This document shows positions 11,216 through 23,899 of a stretch of 64,000 nt of DNA, one piece after another. Every line of letters begins with the position of its first letter. The first letter of the stretch is position 1. Both the position numbers and the translations under genes were made by a program. Origin of the DNA: Macrostomum lignano (lineage: Eukaryota). The stretch lies in the NCBI GenBank assembly GCA_002269645.1, contig NIVC01002829.1:29794-93793 (forward strand), in the 5' to 3' direction. A model generated the notes under the pieces. That model was not told the DNA's origin. It made no database searches and worked only from the letters and a program-made list of their open reading frames with translations.

Positions 11216-11819
11216 AAAATGTGCGCTAGTTTCCGGTGCGCACTTCGTGCCATAGTAGCTAATGAATTTGAGTAGCAGCGTATTCAACTGCTTGTTTATC
11301 CCGAACTCTGCACTTCTGTCGCAAGTAGATGATACTCTTCACTATCACTTCGCTACTGACAGACAGAAGTGAGGCTATAACTAATTTAAATGCGTCCTGC
11401 TCTGTTAAACGATGATATAATTTTAAAGCATTCTGTTCTCTGTAAATGCGTTTAGTTTGTCGGTTTTAGTGGCTACTGCAAGTAGCGAGAATAGAGCATT
11501 GATTTGTACCGGCAATTCTATCTATTTTGTCTCTATACAGACTGAAAGAGTGCTGATACAGATTCCTGCTCAGCCTTTGCCAGGGAATGCCTGTCTGTCC
11601 GGCAGTTCGGATTTGAAAATGGAAATCAATAAATCCTAGCGAACACCGGAACTGTGCCGTGCATTTTTGCTGCCTCATCTGCGACAAAAGCTTCCCGTTC
11701 TGATGATAAGGCAACAAATTGTCTGCTGGCTTTTTATGCTTTTTTCACTGTTTTTCTATTGTTAGTCAAATTCAGTTCAATTTCAGCAAGTCTACCTGGG
11801 TCGTAGTTTGAATATTAGT

Positions 11820-11998
11820 GCCCACACAAATTTGGGAGAGAGGTAGACTGAGAGTTGAGACGAGAGGTAGGCTGAGATTAGGGCAGAAGAGTAGACTTGA
11901 GATTTGGGGACAAAGGTAGGCTGAGATATGGGGAGAGAGGTTGGCTGAGAATTGAGGAGAGAGAGAGAGAGAGAGAGGGGGGGTAGGCTGGATTTTAG

Positions 11999-12029
<31 letters not shown>

Positions 12030-12770
12030 TAGGCTGGATTTTAGGAGAGAGAGAGAGAGAGAGAGAGGGGGGGTAGGCTGGATTTTAGGAGAGAGGTAAG
12101 GCTGAGATTTTAGGAGAGAGGTAGGCTGAGATTTGAGGAGAGAGGTAAGGCTGAGATTTTAGGAGAGAGGTAGGCTGAGATTTGAGGAGAGAGGTAAGGC
12201 TGAGATTTTAGGAGAGAGGTAGGCTGAGATTTGAGGAGAGAGGTAAGGCTGAGATTTGGGGAGAGAGGTAGACTAAGATTTGGGGAGAGAGGTAGACTAA
12301 GATTTGGGGAGAGAGGTAGACTAAGATTTGGGGAGAGAGGTAGACTAAGATTTGGGGAGAGAGGTAGACTAAGATTTGGGGAGAGAGGTAGACTAAGATT
12401 TGGGGAGAGAGGTAGACTAAGATTTGGGGAGAGAGGTAGACTAAGATTTGAGGAGAGAGGTAGACTAAGATTTGGGGAGAGAGGTAGACTAAGATTTGGG
12501 GAGAGAGGTAGACTAAGATTTGGGGAGGGAGGTAGACTAAGATTTGGGGAGAGAGGTAGACTAAGATTTGGGGAGAGAGGTAGACTAAGATTTGGGGAGA
12601 GAGGTAGACTAAGATTTGGGGAGAGAGGTAGACTAAGATTTGGGGAGAGAGGTAGACTAAGATTTGGGGAGAGAGGTAGACTAAGATTTGGGGAGAGAGG
12701 TAGACTAAGATTTGAGGAGAGAGGTAGACTAAGATTTGGGGAGGGAGGTAGACTAAGATTTGGATAGGTC
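11820..12770. repeat. 24-bp purine-rich minisatellite (GAGAGAGGTAGACTAAGATTTGGG)n with (GA)n runs
   Basis: Direct reading; 8-aa periodic ORFs. Confidence 0.95.
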
Positions 12771-13124
12771 GCGGCAGAGAAATCGGTGTTCAACTTGAGG
12801 ATTACTGGTACTTGTCATTAATACTGAAGCTTGAAACCATCGCTATTCATTACAAGCATTTAGTGCGAAATTTGATCCACATGCTGTGTGACATCTGGTG
12901 CAGTGGCACTTTTCTGCTCCCTAACTGCGCTTGTTAGGCTGGTGCTGCACTGCGCTTCGCATTTCTTTTAATTGAATTGCGATTCTCGATTGCTTTTTTA
13001 TCGTTCTTTATGGTGCGAAGTGTCTGTCTGTAAATATGATAGAATACTTTGCACTGCATCATTTTTTCATCTTTTTAAAAAATTTAGCTCGTGTTCGTCT
13101 GAAGTGCATTGCTGTCTGACCAAC

Positions 13125-13525
13125 TCCCACTGACCTCCTCTCTGACCTCCTCTCTGGCCTCCTGTCTCTGATCTCCCCTCTCTGATCTCTCTGACCTCCT
13201 CTCTGACCTCCTCTCTGGCCTCCTGTCTCTGATCTCCCCTCTCTGATCTCTCTGACCTCCTCTCTCTGACCTCCCTCTATGACCTCCCCTCTGACCTCCC
13301 CTCTCTGACCTCCTCTCTCTGATCTCCCCTCTGACCTCCTTCTCTGGCCTCCCCTCTCTCTGATCTCTCTGACCTCTCTCTCTCTCTCTCTGATCTCCCC
13401 TCTGACCTCCTTCTCTGGCCTCCCCTCTCTCTGATCTCTCTGACCTCTCTGACCTCCTCTCTGATCTCCCCTTATTCGACCTTGACTTGCCCTCTCCGAC
13501 CTCCCCTCTCTGGCCTTCTCTCTAA
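13125..13525. repeat. CT-rich low-complexity repeat (CTCTCTGACCTC-like)
   Basis: Direct reading. Confidence 0.85.
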
Positions 13526-14529
13526 TCTCCGGGCCTCTCCTGGCAATGTACTGCCAGTGCAATATCTTGCAATGTGCATCGTGCTTGAATCTGATTAGTT
13601 AGGCCGGTCCGTCCTGCGACCTCTCGTCTGAAAGCCCTTTTTCACAGCCACCGGGGGCGGCTGGGAGCGCAATGCTTGGCTGCCAACCCCCCCCTCCCCA
13701 GTCACACGGGTGAGCCTGAAGTGCAAAACGGTTTGGCAGGTTGGCGAGAAGGCTTGGCAAAACACTGGGGAGGCAGCCAAGCGAACTTCTTCTTTAGCCT
13801 TTGCAGAGTCTCTGGCCGGCGGTCCAAGTGGATTTTTATTGCCCCAGCCCGTCCGCCTGCCTGCCTGTTCCCGGGAGGCGAGCCCGCGCGGCTGCCTGCC
13901 AAACTGAATGGCAGGATTTGAATGCGAGGCTTTTTGGTGTCCGGTTCTCTTTTTAAGTGGAATCGCTGCGCTTCAAATCCTTGTTTGAGCGTCGCGCTGC
14001 GCCGCAGTTTTATTTTGCTATTCCTGTCTTCCTTCCAATGTCTGTCCGTTTGCACAATTGAGTGTCTGAGATGCTGCTTGTTAGTTGTTGGTTTGGGATG
14101 TCTCAGCGCCACCTATAGATCGCGGCACACCCCCCCCCCTACAATAATTAGCACTCTCGCAAATTCTGGCGCCCCAAGAAAATCCAGCGCTACTTAAAAA
14201 TCTGGCGCCCCAATAAAATTCTGGCGCCCCCAATGAAATCTGGCGCCCCCAAATATTCGCGTCAAATCCAGGTTTTCTTAGAACTGGATTAGAAAAATAT
14301 TTGTTAAAATATAGAATCAGCAGGCCACTGATATAAAATTTTTGCTTTTATTTATTGAAGAATTTTATATTCAAGACCGCCTCACCCGGCAACTACCCGC
14401 TCCAGACGGGCGCAGAAACCCGACATCAATTTTCCTGGGTGCAGGCGGACTTTTAACCTGTTTTACTCTGCTGTGAAGCATGCAGAATCGCTACAAGCTC
14501 TTTAACTCGCTTTTTGCCACCGTCTTCCT

Positions 14530-14800
14530 TCTGGCGCCCCTTGCCAGCCCCAGTTCTGGCGCCCCTTGCCAGCCCCCGTTCTGGCGCCCCTTGCCAGCCC
14601 CCGTTCTGGCGCCCCTTGCCAGCCCCAGTTCTGGCGCCCCTTGCCAGCCCCAGTTCTGGCGCCCCTTGCCAGCCCCAGTTCTGGCGCCCCTTGCCATCCC
14701 CAGTTCTGGCGCCCCTTGCCATCCCCAGTTCTGGCGCCCCTTGCCATCCCCAGTTCTGGCGCCCATTGCCAGCCCCAGTTCTGGCGCCCCTTGCCATCCC
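14530..14800. repeat. 25-bp minisatellite (CTGGCGCCCCTTGCCAGCCCCAGTT)n
   Basis: Direct reading; ~11 copies. Confidence 0.92.
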
Positions 14801-15324
14801 CAGGAGCAGCAACACAAGCAATGCTTGAGTCAACAGAAAATGACGCGGCAAAAACCGTCTCCAATTTCATGGCGCCATCAGTGAAGACCGGGCGACCTCT
14901 CCTGTTTTTGTTGCCAGCCACCTCCAGCTTGGCAACAATCGCAAAATACTGAATTATCTTGGCCGGGGGGGGGGGGCGACCTCGCCGGCTGAACCAGAAA
15001 CGAAATGTTCCAAAGAAAATAATCGCTCGCAAATGTCTGCGCAGCTCGCGGCATTGGGCTCGAATTTTGGCCAGCCTGCCGGGTGTTCCCCGGATTGAGG
15101 CGGCTCTGTTTGCTTTTTCTGTTCTACCGACAGAAGCGCCTTGGCTGCCGCAGCTGTTCTGGGCGAGCGCCGCACCGGCACGCATCTGAAGCAAGCGGCT
15201 CCTCCCTGCTTCTGCATGATTAATGCTCCCCACTTTGATAGTGGGAGTCCCATGGCAGCTCCCAGCCCGCCTGTCCTTTCTACTTGTCCTTGAATCCGCC
15301 TCTCCTTTCTACTCGTCTTCCCTC

Positions 15325-16465
15325 AGGCATTGGATCCGTCACTCCTTCAGGCATTCGATCCGTCACTCCCTCAGGCATTCGATCCGTCACTCCCTCGGGC
15401 ATTGGATCCGTCACTCCCTCTGGTATTGGATCCGTCACTCCCTCTGGCATTGGATCCGTCACTCCCTCAGGCATTGGATCCGTCACTCCCTCTGGCATTG
15501 GATCCGTCACTCCCTCAGGCATTGGATCCGTCACTCCCTCGGGCATTGGATCCGTCATCCCCTCAGGCATTTGATCCGTCACTTCCTCAGGCATTGGATC
15601 CGTCACTCCCTCAGGCATTCGATCCGTCACTCCCTCAGGCATTGGATCCGTCACTCCCTCAGGCATTGGATCCGTCACTCCCTCAGGCATTCGATCCGTC
15701 ACTCCATCAGGCATTGGATCCGTCACTCCCTCAGGCATTGGATCCGTCACTCCTTCAGACATTGGATCCGTCACTCCCTCAGGCATTGGATCCGTCACTC
15801 CTTCAGACATTGGATCCGTCACTCCCTCAGGCATTGGATCCGTCACTCTCTCGGGCATTGGATCCGTCACTCCCTCTGGTATTGGATCCGTCACTCCCTC
15901 TGGCATTGGATCCGTCACTCCCTCGGGCATTGGATCCGTCACTCCCTCTGGTATTGGATCCGTCACTCCCTCTGGCATTGGATCCGTCACTCCCTCAGGC
16001 ATTGGATCCGTCACTCCTTCAGACATTGGATCCGTCACTCCCTCTGGCATTGGATCCGTCACTCCCTCGGGCATTGGATCCGTCACTCCCTCTGGCATTG
16101 GATCCGTCACTCCCTCGGGCATTGGATCCGTCACTCCCTCTGGCATTGGATCCGTCACTCCCTCGGGCATTGGATCCGTCACTCCCTCTGGTATTGGATC
16201 CGTCACTCCCTCTGGCATTGGATCCGTCACTCCCTCAGGCATTGGATCCGTCACTCCCTCTGGCATTGGATCCGTCACTCCCTCGGGCATTGGATCCGTC
16301 ACTCCCTCTGGTATTGGATCCGTCACTCCCTCTGGCATTGGATCCGTCACTCCCTCAGGCATTGGATCCGTCACTCCCTCTGGCATTGGATCCGTCACTC
16401 CCTCGGGCATTGGATCCGTCACTCCTTCAGACATTGAATCCTTCACTCCGTCAGGCATTGGAGCT
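15325..16465. repeat. 24-bp minisatellite (GGCATTGGATCCGTCACTCCCTCA)n, ~47 copies
   Basis: Direct reading; 8-aa periodic ORFs in several frames. Confidence 0.97.
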
Positions 16466-17084
16466 ATGAATCAGTGCAGTGAGCTGAGATTAATTACTTG
16501 ACAAAGGACCGCCAAAGTCTCAGCTAACTCTGTCCTTTTAGCCTGAAATTGGCGGCCGATAGCGCACTGATTGGGTTTCCGGCCGCTCTGATCAGACCAG
16601 TCTAGGGTCCTTGAGCAGCTCGAGAGCCCTTTATCTCCTATGCTGTTTGACCTCGCGGCTCGATTTCCGCATCAAACCCAGCAGCCTGGCATTCTGAGCA
16701 GGCGGACTCGAAGCGACTCAATTTGAATATTCGGCACTCGATTTGCATGCTTGAGCTGGAAAATGAAAAATTCGATTCGACAATTTAGTCTTAAGTAGCA
16801 GAGGCTGCGGCAGACTCAATTATTATTCACCAAGTATTTTATTGAGTTGTTCGACAAAAAGCTGTACCGTAAATCAATAAAGTGCGCGCAGCTGGACTGA
16901 ACTTTTAGTAATTGGTTATGAAAATCGGTGAAGAATTGCAATCTCTAGAGCGTTATGGACAAGCATACAAACCTTAGAGATTTAGTATATTTGGATTAGA
17001 ATTTATAGCTATTGAGATCGACACGCCAGCATTTACCCCTTAGGAGCCAAAAAATTAAAATATGTTTTGGCTTTTGGAGTTATG

Positions 17085-17320
17085 ATATTTCGGGTTTGTG
17101 ATATTCCAGGTTTGTGATATTCCGGGTTTGTGATATTCCAGGTTTGTGATATTCTGGGTTTGTGATATTCCGGGTTTGTGATATTCCAGGTTTGTGATAT
17201 TCCGGGTTTGTGATATTCTGGGTTTGAGATATTCCGGGTTTGTGATATTTCGGGTTTGGGATATTCCAGGTTTGTGATATTCCAGGTTTGTTATATTTCG
17301 GGTGTGTGATATTCCGGGTT
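17085..17320. repeat. 16-bp minisatellite (TTTGTGATATTCCRGG)n
   Basis: Direct reading. Confidence 0.9.
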
Positions 17321-17479
17321 CGTGATGGCGACCCACGCAATGGCACAGAGTTTTGAGTTTGCCTTGGTTATTCACTTGGACGTCGGTGAGGCGGCCATTC
17401 GAGGATGCGGAACGGGAATAGACAATTGATTCGATTCCCCACCAGGCCATCGATCACCACCAGGGAATTAATTGGCCCT

Positions 17480-19692
17480 CTACCTGCTGGCCCACCCGGA
17501 AATCACAGTAAGCAGCAGACAGCAGGTCAGCGCTGGCGCCCCCATCCGCCCGACGCCACCAGTCGCCGCGGGAGTCGGCGGCAGGCGCGGGTTCCAGGGC
17601 CAGCTGCACACGAGCGAGATCTGCAGGCTGCTGGTGAACTTGGCGACTTCGCCATGGGCGCGGCACAGCTCCACTGGCGCCGGCGCGTCCAGCCACTGCA
17701 GCTGCGGCGCCGCGGCCAGCGCCAACTGCGCCAAGCCGGACGGGACGGCGGCGGCCGCCTCGGCTGCCAGGGAGACGCAGCCGGACAGGGAGAGGCGGCG
17801 CAGGCGCGGGAAGGCGGCTAGCAGGCGGGCCAGCTCGGGCAGCCGCAGCTCCGCCCGAGTGTCGCAGGGCCGCCTCGCCAGCCGCAGCGCCAGCGACTTG
17901 GTCGAGTTCACCGGCTGGCGCGGCAAGAAGCGCAGCAGCGAGTCGCCCGGGGCCTCCCAGCGCGGCATGAGCAGCTCGATCTGCAGCTCCGGCTGCATCG
18001 CGTCGAACGCGTCCGCCTCCCCGCCGGAGCTTCCTGCCTCCGCCCCGCCGTCCCTCGTCAGCTCCGCCAGCTGGTCGGCCCCAAAACTTTTGCCACCGTC
18101 ATTCGCCAGCAGATCGACGCCGTCCAGGATGACGTGGCACAGCTTGCCGGACAGGCGGGCGAAGGCGCCGGGCTCCAGCAGCATGTGGCCGCCCTGGTGG
18201 GTGATGACGCGGAGCACCAGGGAGCGCAGGGAGGGCAGGTCGGCCAACGAGCCGTTTCTCAGGCGCAGCGTCCGCCAAGGACTGCCGACAAGGACCACCA
18301 GGGAGCGCAGAGCCGGCAGGCTGGCCACTGAGCCGGTCGGGATCGTCCAGGTCGGGCGGTCGCGCCGCATTAGCGCCAATTCCAGATGGCGCAGGCGGTT
18401 GGCACCGGCCAGGTCGCGCGGCCCGGGCGGCATCGGCAGCAGCAGACGCTCCAGGCCGCGCAGCACCGGCTTGAGTGCGAGGGCGTGCAGCCCCTTCAGG
18501 CGCATGCAGTTGAACCGCAGATCCAAGGAGCGCAGGCTGGCGAGGCCGGCAAAGGCGTTCGGGTCGAGCCGGGTGATCGGGTGGTGGCGCAGCGCCAGGC
18601 GCTCCAGCCCGGCTGCGCCGTCCAGCGCGCCGGCCTCGATGGCGGAGAGGCCGTGCGGGCAGCCGAACTGGCGACTGCCCAGCAGCAGGAGGCTGCGCAG
18701 GCCCCGCGCCTGGCGCAGGAAGCCGCCAGCGGTCAGTCGATATTTCCTCGGTGCCGACGCCAGCTCATCTGAATCGGTGGAGTTGCCGCTGCCGCTGCTG
18801 TCAGTTTCGTCGCCTTCCTCGCTGCCACTGTCGCCGGCGCCGCCGTCACCGCTAAACCGCAGGTCGAGATGCCGCGTCGCGGACGGCAGCGGCGGCTCCT
18901 GCAGGTCAAAGCCGGGGCCGGCCACGCAGGACAGGCTGCTGGCGTCCTGGAAGATGCCGCAGCTGCTGCCGTCGCCGAGACCGTTGATATGGCGGGCGAA
19001 TTTAACAACTTGCAGCCGGGCGCAGGCCTCGGCCGCCTCAGTCTCGTTCGCGATTGAGCCGAGCTCGTCCAGATTGGCGCAGGTCACCCTCACGGACGTC
19101 GCAGCGGCCGATTCCCCGGTCCCATCGGAGCAAACGCAGAGCTGCGCCCACAGCGACAGAACCGGCGGCGCTGATGCGGTATCTTCGGCACCTTCATCGG
19201 CTGCAGCCGCCGCCAGCACCGAGCGAATGTCCAGCCGCTCCTCCGGCTGCTCGTCCGGGCCGCTGCAGACGCCGCCCTCGAAGCCGTCAGTATCGTCATC
19301 TTGCAGCGGCTGGCGCCCCCAGCTGGGCGGCGGCTCAACCACCAGCGACTTCAGGCGCCGGCCGGGCCGCCGCGCCATCAGCAGCTGCAGGTTGCGCCAG
19401 GGCGGCCGGCAGATGGACAGCCGCACCTCCGTGGCGTTCTCGGCGAACGCGACGTCGGGCGGCAGCAGCAGCTGGAAGCGACCGGAGGCCATCAGCTGCA
19501 CCCGCTGGCTGGGGCAGCCGGCCGACGGCAGACAGCGCAGCAGCTGCGCGTTGGTGCCGGTGAGGTTGAGGCGGAGGCTGCCGCCCGCCTTGCTCAGGGC
19601 CCCCTGGACGCCCGTCGTCAGCCGGATGTCGCTCAGCGCCGACGAGTTGGCCGCGAAGGCTCCCGGAGCGAATAGGGAGCAGTGGCCGTCAG
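17480..19692 (-). CDS. Leucine-rich-repeat surface protein, exon 2 (LRRs, Cys cap, hydrophobic C-terminal tail)
   Basis: Acceptor CCTGCCCGCAG| at 19693; phase 1 joins exon 1 in frame with ORF 17480..19501. LRR units such as LERLALRHHPITRLDPNAFAGLASLRSLDLRFN. Confidence 0.8.
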
Positions 19693-19807
19693 CTGCGGGC
19701 AGGCGGCGGGAGGTGGGTGTTGATCAACTGCAGCTGTGCTCTCTGAGAGCTCTGCTTATCCCATGTTTATTTTGCAAGGTAAGCAAGCCAGCACGCTTAG
19801 TTCTGAT

Positions 19808-20060
19808 CCCCACCCCAATCCCCACCCCAATCCCCACCCCAATCCCCACCCCAATCCCCACCCCAATCCCCACCCCAATCCCCACCCCAATCCCACCCCG
19901 ATCCCCACCCTAAGCCCACCCTAATCCCCACCCCAATCCCCACCCCAATCCCACCCCAATTCCCACCCCAATCCCACCCCAATCCCACCCCAATCCCCAC
20001 CCCAATCCCACCCCAATCCCCACCCCAATCCCACCCCAATCCCCACCCCAATCCCCACCC
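19808..20060. repeat. (CCCCACCCCAAT)n array forming most of the LRR gene intron
   Basis: Direct reading. Confidence 0.92.
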
Positions 20061-20073
20061 GATCCTCTCTTAC

Positions 20074-20920
20074 CGCCCGCTCCGGTCACCAGGATCTTCA
20101 GGTGAATCCTTCGCAGCTCCGGCAAGTCGGAGAAGGCGCCGGCGCCAAGCGCAAAGCCTCTCGCACAGGGCGCCGCCAGGATGAGCCGCACGCTGGCAAG
20201 CCTCGGGAGGCCGGTGAACCGCAGCCGCTCCTCGAGGTCTCCCTGGCCGCCCCGCTGGTTGAGCTCGGCGAGCTCGGCGAGCTCCACCGCCAGCGTCAGG
20301 TTGGCCAGCCGGGGCGCCGAGCCAGCGATGCTGAGGCTGGCGGCCGGGCAGGCGGCCGACACGCGGAGCCGCAGCGCCTCCAAGCCGGGCAGCTGCGCCC
20401 TCACGAAGGCCGCCAAGCCGGCGCAGTTCCCGTCCCCAGGCTTGTCAACAACGTGCAGGTCGAGACTTCGGAGCGTCGGAGGCCGGCCGCAGCAGGCGCC
20501 GGAGAGGCCGGAGGTGACAGCTGAGAGGCTCAAGGCCTCCAGCGTGCTGTCTGCCAGGCTGCAGGGGCCCAGCGTCAAGCCTCTGGCGCTGTGCAGCACC
20601 AGGCGGCGCAGCCGCGGCTCGGCATTCGACAGACGCCGCAGGTCGCCGGACTCGAGCCGGGCCGCCGCTTCCGCCTCCACTCGCAGGTGCAGGCTGGCGA
20701 TGTCGGCGGCCCGGTCGGACCCGAGGCTGCGCGCGATCGCTCCAAGGTCGCGGAAGGCTGACGTCAAGTTGATGACGGTCGCCCGGCAGCTGAGGTCGCC
20801 GATGTCGCCGCTGACGACGCAGACAAGGCCGGGCCTGCGGAGCACCTGGCGCTGCTGCGCCCTCACCGGCGTCAGCAGCTGTAGCAGCGACACCGCAACA
20901 ATCAGGAGCGTCTTCGACAT
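20074..20920 (-). CDS. Leucine-rich-repeat surface protein, exon 1 (signal peptide MSKTLLIVAVSLLQLLTPVRA, LRRs)
   Basis: ATG 20920 (alternative 20950); donor G|GTAAG at 20073. LxxLxL units (LRSLDLH, LEALRLR, AFSDLPELRRIHL). The spliced total is 3060 nt. Confidence 0.78.
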
Positions 20921-21539
20921 GCCGGATGCTGACCGAATTGCAACGGGCATCCGGGATGAAGAGCAGAGAGTGGCAGCAGCGGGCGGCACCGAGGCCAGAT
21001 AAAGTCCCCTCCGGCCGCAACCTCCCGCCGCATTTCGGCCAGTCAAATCTCTCGCACCGATTTTCCGCTGGGTCCGGTTTCTCGCTGCGTCCTACTGACT
21101 AGCTGAGTGTCAGTAGTATGTCTAGCGGATGCTTTCGCTTAGTCAGAAATCTGAGAATGTCTTGGCTTTGGCGCAGTCTTAAGTGATGCAGGGCCCCAGC
21201 TGCCGTCTAAGAAGATAAGGAGGCAGAAGAGGCCGGGCGAGCCAATTAATCACCGAGGGGATGGGGGGGTTCGAGTGCCGGCCGGATTTGCTCAGCTCGC
21301 ATCAACAGGCAGCTGCGGCCGCCGCCAGGAATGTTGAGCAGCTCTTAAGTAGTCAGCTGCAGGCGCTCCTTGAGCCTCTTTTCTGCCGATCTCAGTTAGA
21401 AACTGCTGAGCAGATGGCTCAGCTGGGATCCCGAAGGCGGGCCTGCGATGATGAGGGGCCCGCGTGATTGCTTGCTCGTAATTGCACTGCTCTGCAGGGG
21501 GTGAGCTTGAGCTGAGCGGCTCAGCTGGCTTGAAAGACT

Positions 21540-22350
21540 TATTGGTCAGATCCAGTCTGTATTGGTCAGATCCAGTCTGTATTGGTCAGATCCAGTCTGT
21601 ATTGGTCAGATCCAGTCTGAATTGGTCAGATCCAGTCTGTATTGGTCAGATCCAGTCTGAATTGGTCAGATCCAGTCTGTATTGGTCAGATCCAGTCTGT
21701 ATTGGTCAGATCCAGTCTGAATTGGTCAGATCCAGTCTGTATTGGTCAGATCCAGTCTGTATTGGTCAGATCCAGTCTGTATTGGTCAGATCCAGTCTGT
21801 ATTGGTCAGATCCAGTCTGTATTGGTCAGATCCAGTCTGAATTGGTCAGATCCAGTCTGTATTGGTCAGATCCAGTCTGTATTGGTTAGATCCAGTCTGT
21901 ATTGGTCAGATCCAGTATGTATTGGTCAGATCCAGTCTGTATTGGTCAGATCCAGTCTGTATTGGTCAGATCCAGTCTGTATTGGTCAGATCCAGTCTGT
22001 ATTGGTCAGATCTAGTCTGTATTGGTCAGATCCAGTCTGTATTGGTCAGATCCAGTCTGTATTGGTCAGATCCAGTCTGAATTGGTCAGATCCAGTCTGT
22101 ATTGGTCAGATCCAGTCTGTATTGGTTAGATCCAGTCTGAATTGGTCAGATCCAGTATGTATTGGTCAGATCCAGTCTGAATTGGTCAGATCCAGTCTGT
22201 ATTGGTCAGATCCAGTCTGTATTGGTCAGATCCAGTCTGTATTGGTCAGATCTAGTCTGTATTGGTCAGATCCAGTCTGTATTGGTCAGATCCAGTCTGT
22301 ATTGGTCAGATCTAGTCTGTATTGGTTAGATCTAGTCTGTATTGGTCACA
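21540..22350. repeat. 20-bp minisatellite (ATTGGTCAGATCCAGTCTGT)n, ~40 copies
   Basis: Direct reading. Confidence 0.97.
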
Positions 22351-23783
22351 AACTGAGTTGCGGACGCAGTTGATTGGATGCAGCAGAATGCGTGACGGGT
22401 GTTCAGTTCACAAAGGTTTTACCGGCGGTTGCAATTTTTGCCTTTAATTTTTATTTATTTTTTTCGGCGGCCCGTCATTTCGCGGTGGGTCACTGAGTTC
22501 GAACATTTTTCTGTGCTCTTCGAAGCAACAGCAAGCAGTTTGGGTGCTGAATAAGTAATAAAAACTCTTCAACATTGCGCTGAGGGCGGCAGAGAAGCAG
22601 AATGTGCTAGCAAGGAGGAACAGCAAGGAGCGACAGCAAAAGCAGACGATAAAAAGCGGGAAATTTCTGCTACGAAGAGAGGAAAAAACTTCTAGAAAGA
22701 AGCGTTCGCCGCCTGTACACAGTATCACAAATATCTGCGCTGAGGTGGGCGTCGGGCCTCGGGCGGCTGACACGCACTTTTAAACACACAATTAATCATC
22801 ATCAATTAGAATAAGTGAAAAGTACACGCGATAAGAGCATAAAAATAGCTGATTATAAAGTACGCGTGCGATGGCTGTCTTTGATTTCAGCGGCGCTTTA
22901 AAAAATTTCCGGAATTTTCAAAACTTATGGAACGCCGTTCGAAAAAAATATATGTCAAGCAAAATCTATACGGTCAGTGTTGTGTTTTCCAGGAAATCTT
23001 TCTAATTCAAATTCGCGCCAGTTCGATAGAATTTTTAATCGGCACTCTCTGGATCTGCATATGGTATCTGTACTGTTATCTATATATATTATAATGTTAC
23101 AGAATAAATTATTTACTACAGATCGCTAGTTTAATTGAATTTTTAAAAATGTACGATTTCCGGAACTCTGGCGCGAATTTGACTTTTAACAAAATCCTCT
23201 GGCATGAAGTGCGTTAACTAAAATCGACTATCTAGGGTTACAACATGGGGACTTGATTCACGGCTGACTGGTTCAGCTTGGGGATTCGGGCTGCTTCAAA
23301 TAGCCTTTGCGAGCCTGAAAGTTTTGTAGCTTTTAGCTCTTAGATTCGTTTCATTTGCAGGTGGGCGCAGAGTTAGAAAGCAATAGACGGAGAGAATCTC
23401 GCGTTTAGACGGGGCCGAATCTAATAAAAAAAACAAACCGGGGGTCACGTGACCGACACATGCCTTGCGTGCAGGTTTGGAACTGCGAAGCGCAGGACGG
23501 GGAGGTGTTAAAACAGACCAAATATACGGATTTGCAATCACTGTGACGGACACGAAGCAACAGTAGCATGTTTCAGTAGTATAGAGCACTGGGCTAAAGT
23601 TGAAAATATATGTTAGCGATAATTGTCATCCTAATACATTGTTATTTTTAACTGTTAAAATAAGTAAAATCTGCGCATTGGTTCTACTAACAGTAGTCTG
23701 CTAACTTCTGCAACAGTTGAATAAAATAATGGGTTATGTAATTGTTATAATAAACGAATGCTCAGTTTAACAGTCAATCTGAT

Positions 23784-23899
23784 CGGTCACTCCAGCAGTC
23801 GGTCACTCCAGCAGTCGGTCACTCCAGCAGCCGGTCACTCCAGCAGCCGGTCACTCCAGCAGTCGGTCACTCCAGCGGTCGGTCACTCCAGCAGCCGGT
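23784..23899. repeat. 16-bp tandem repeat (CGGTCACTCCAGCAGY) x7 overlapping the synaptotagmin stop codon
   Basis: Direct reading; the unit is the reverse complement of the last codons plus TGA. Confidence 0.9.

Noticed and set aside
14104-14120. CTCF-like motif CAGCGCCACCTAT
   Set aside because: Partial match only, and CTCF is reported absent from flatworms, the inferred host group.
15223-16469. Long periodic ORFs (WIRHSLRH, PEGVTDPM, DPSLPQAL) that look like repeat proteins
   Set aside because: They are translations of a stop-poor 24-bp minisatellite, open in several frames and on both strands, with no splice or codon evidence. The same applies to ORFs over 845-1345, 3030-3760, 12110-12793, 21482-22373, 25893-26721, 29062-30044 and 40399-41541.
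17472-19913. 813-aa plus-strand ORF
   Set aside because: Antisense shadow of the GC-rich LRR exon; Arg/Ser-rich with no domain. The same applies to 5492..6355, 20181..21002 and 26901..27584.
21261-21540. Short GC-rich ORFs upstream of the LRR gene
   Set aside because: No recognisable domain and no convincing splice partners; may be regulatory sequence or an unresolved exon.
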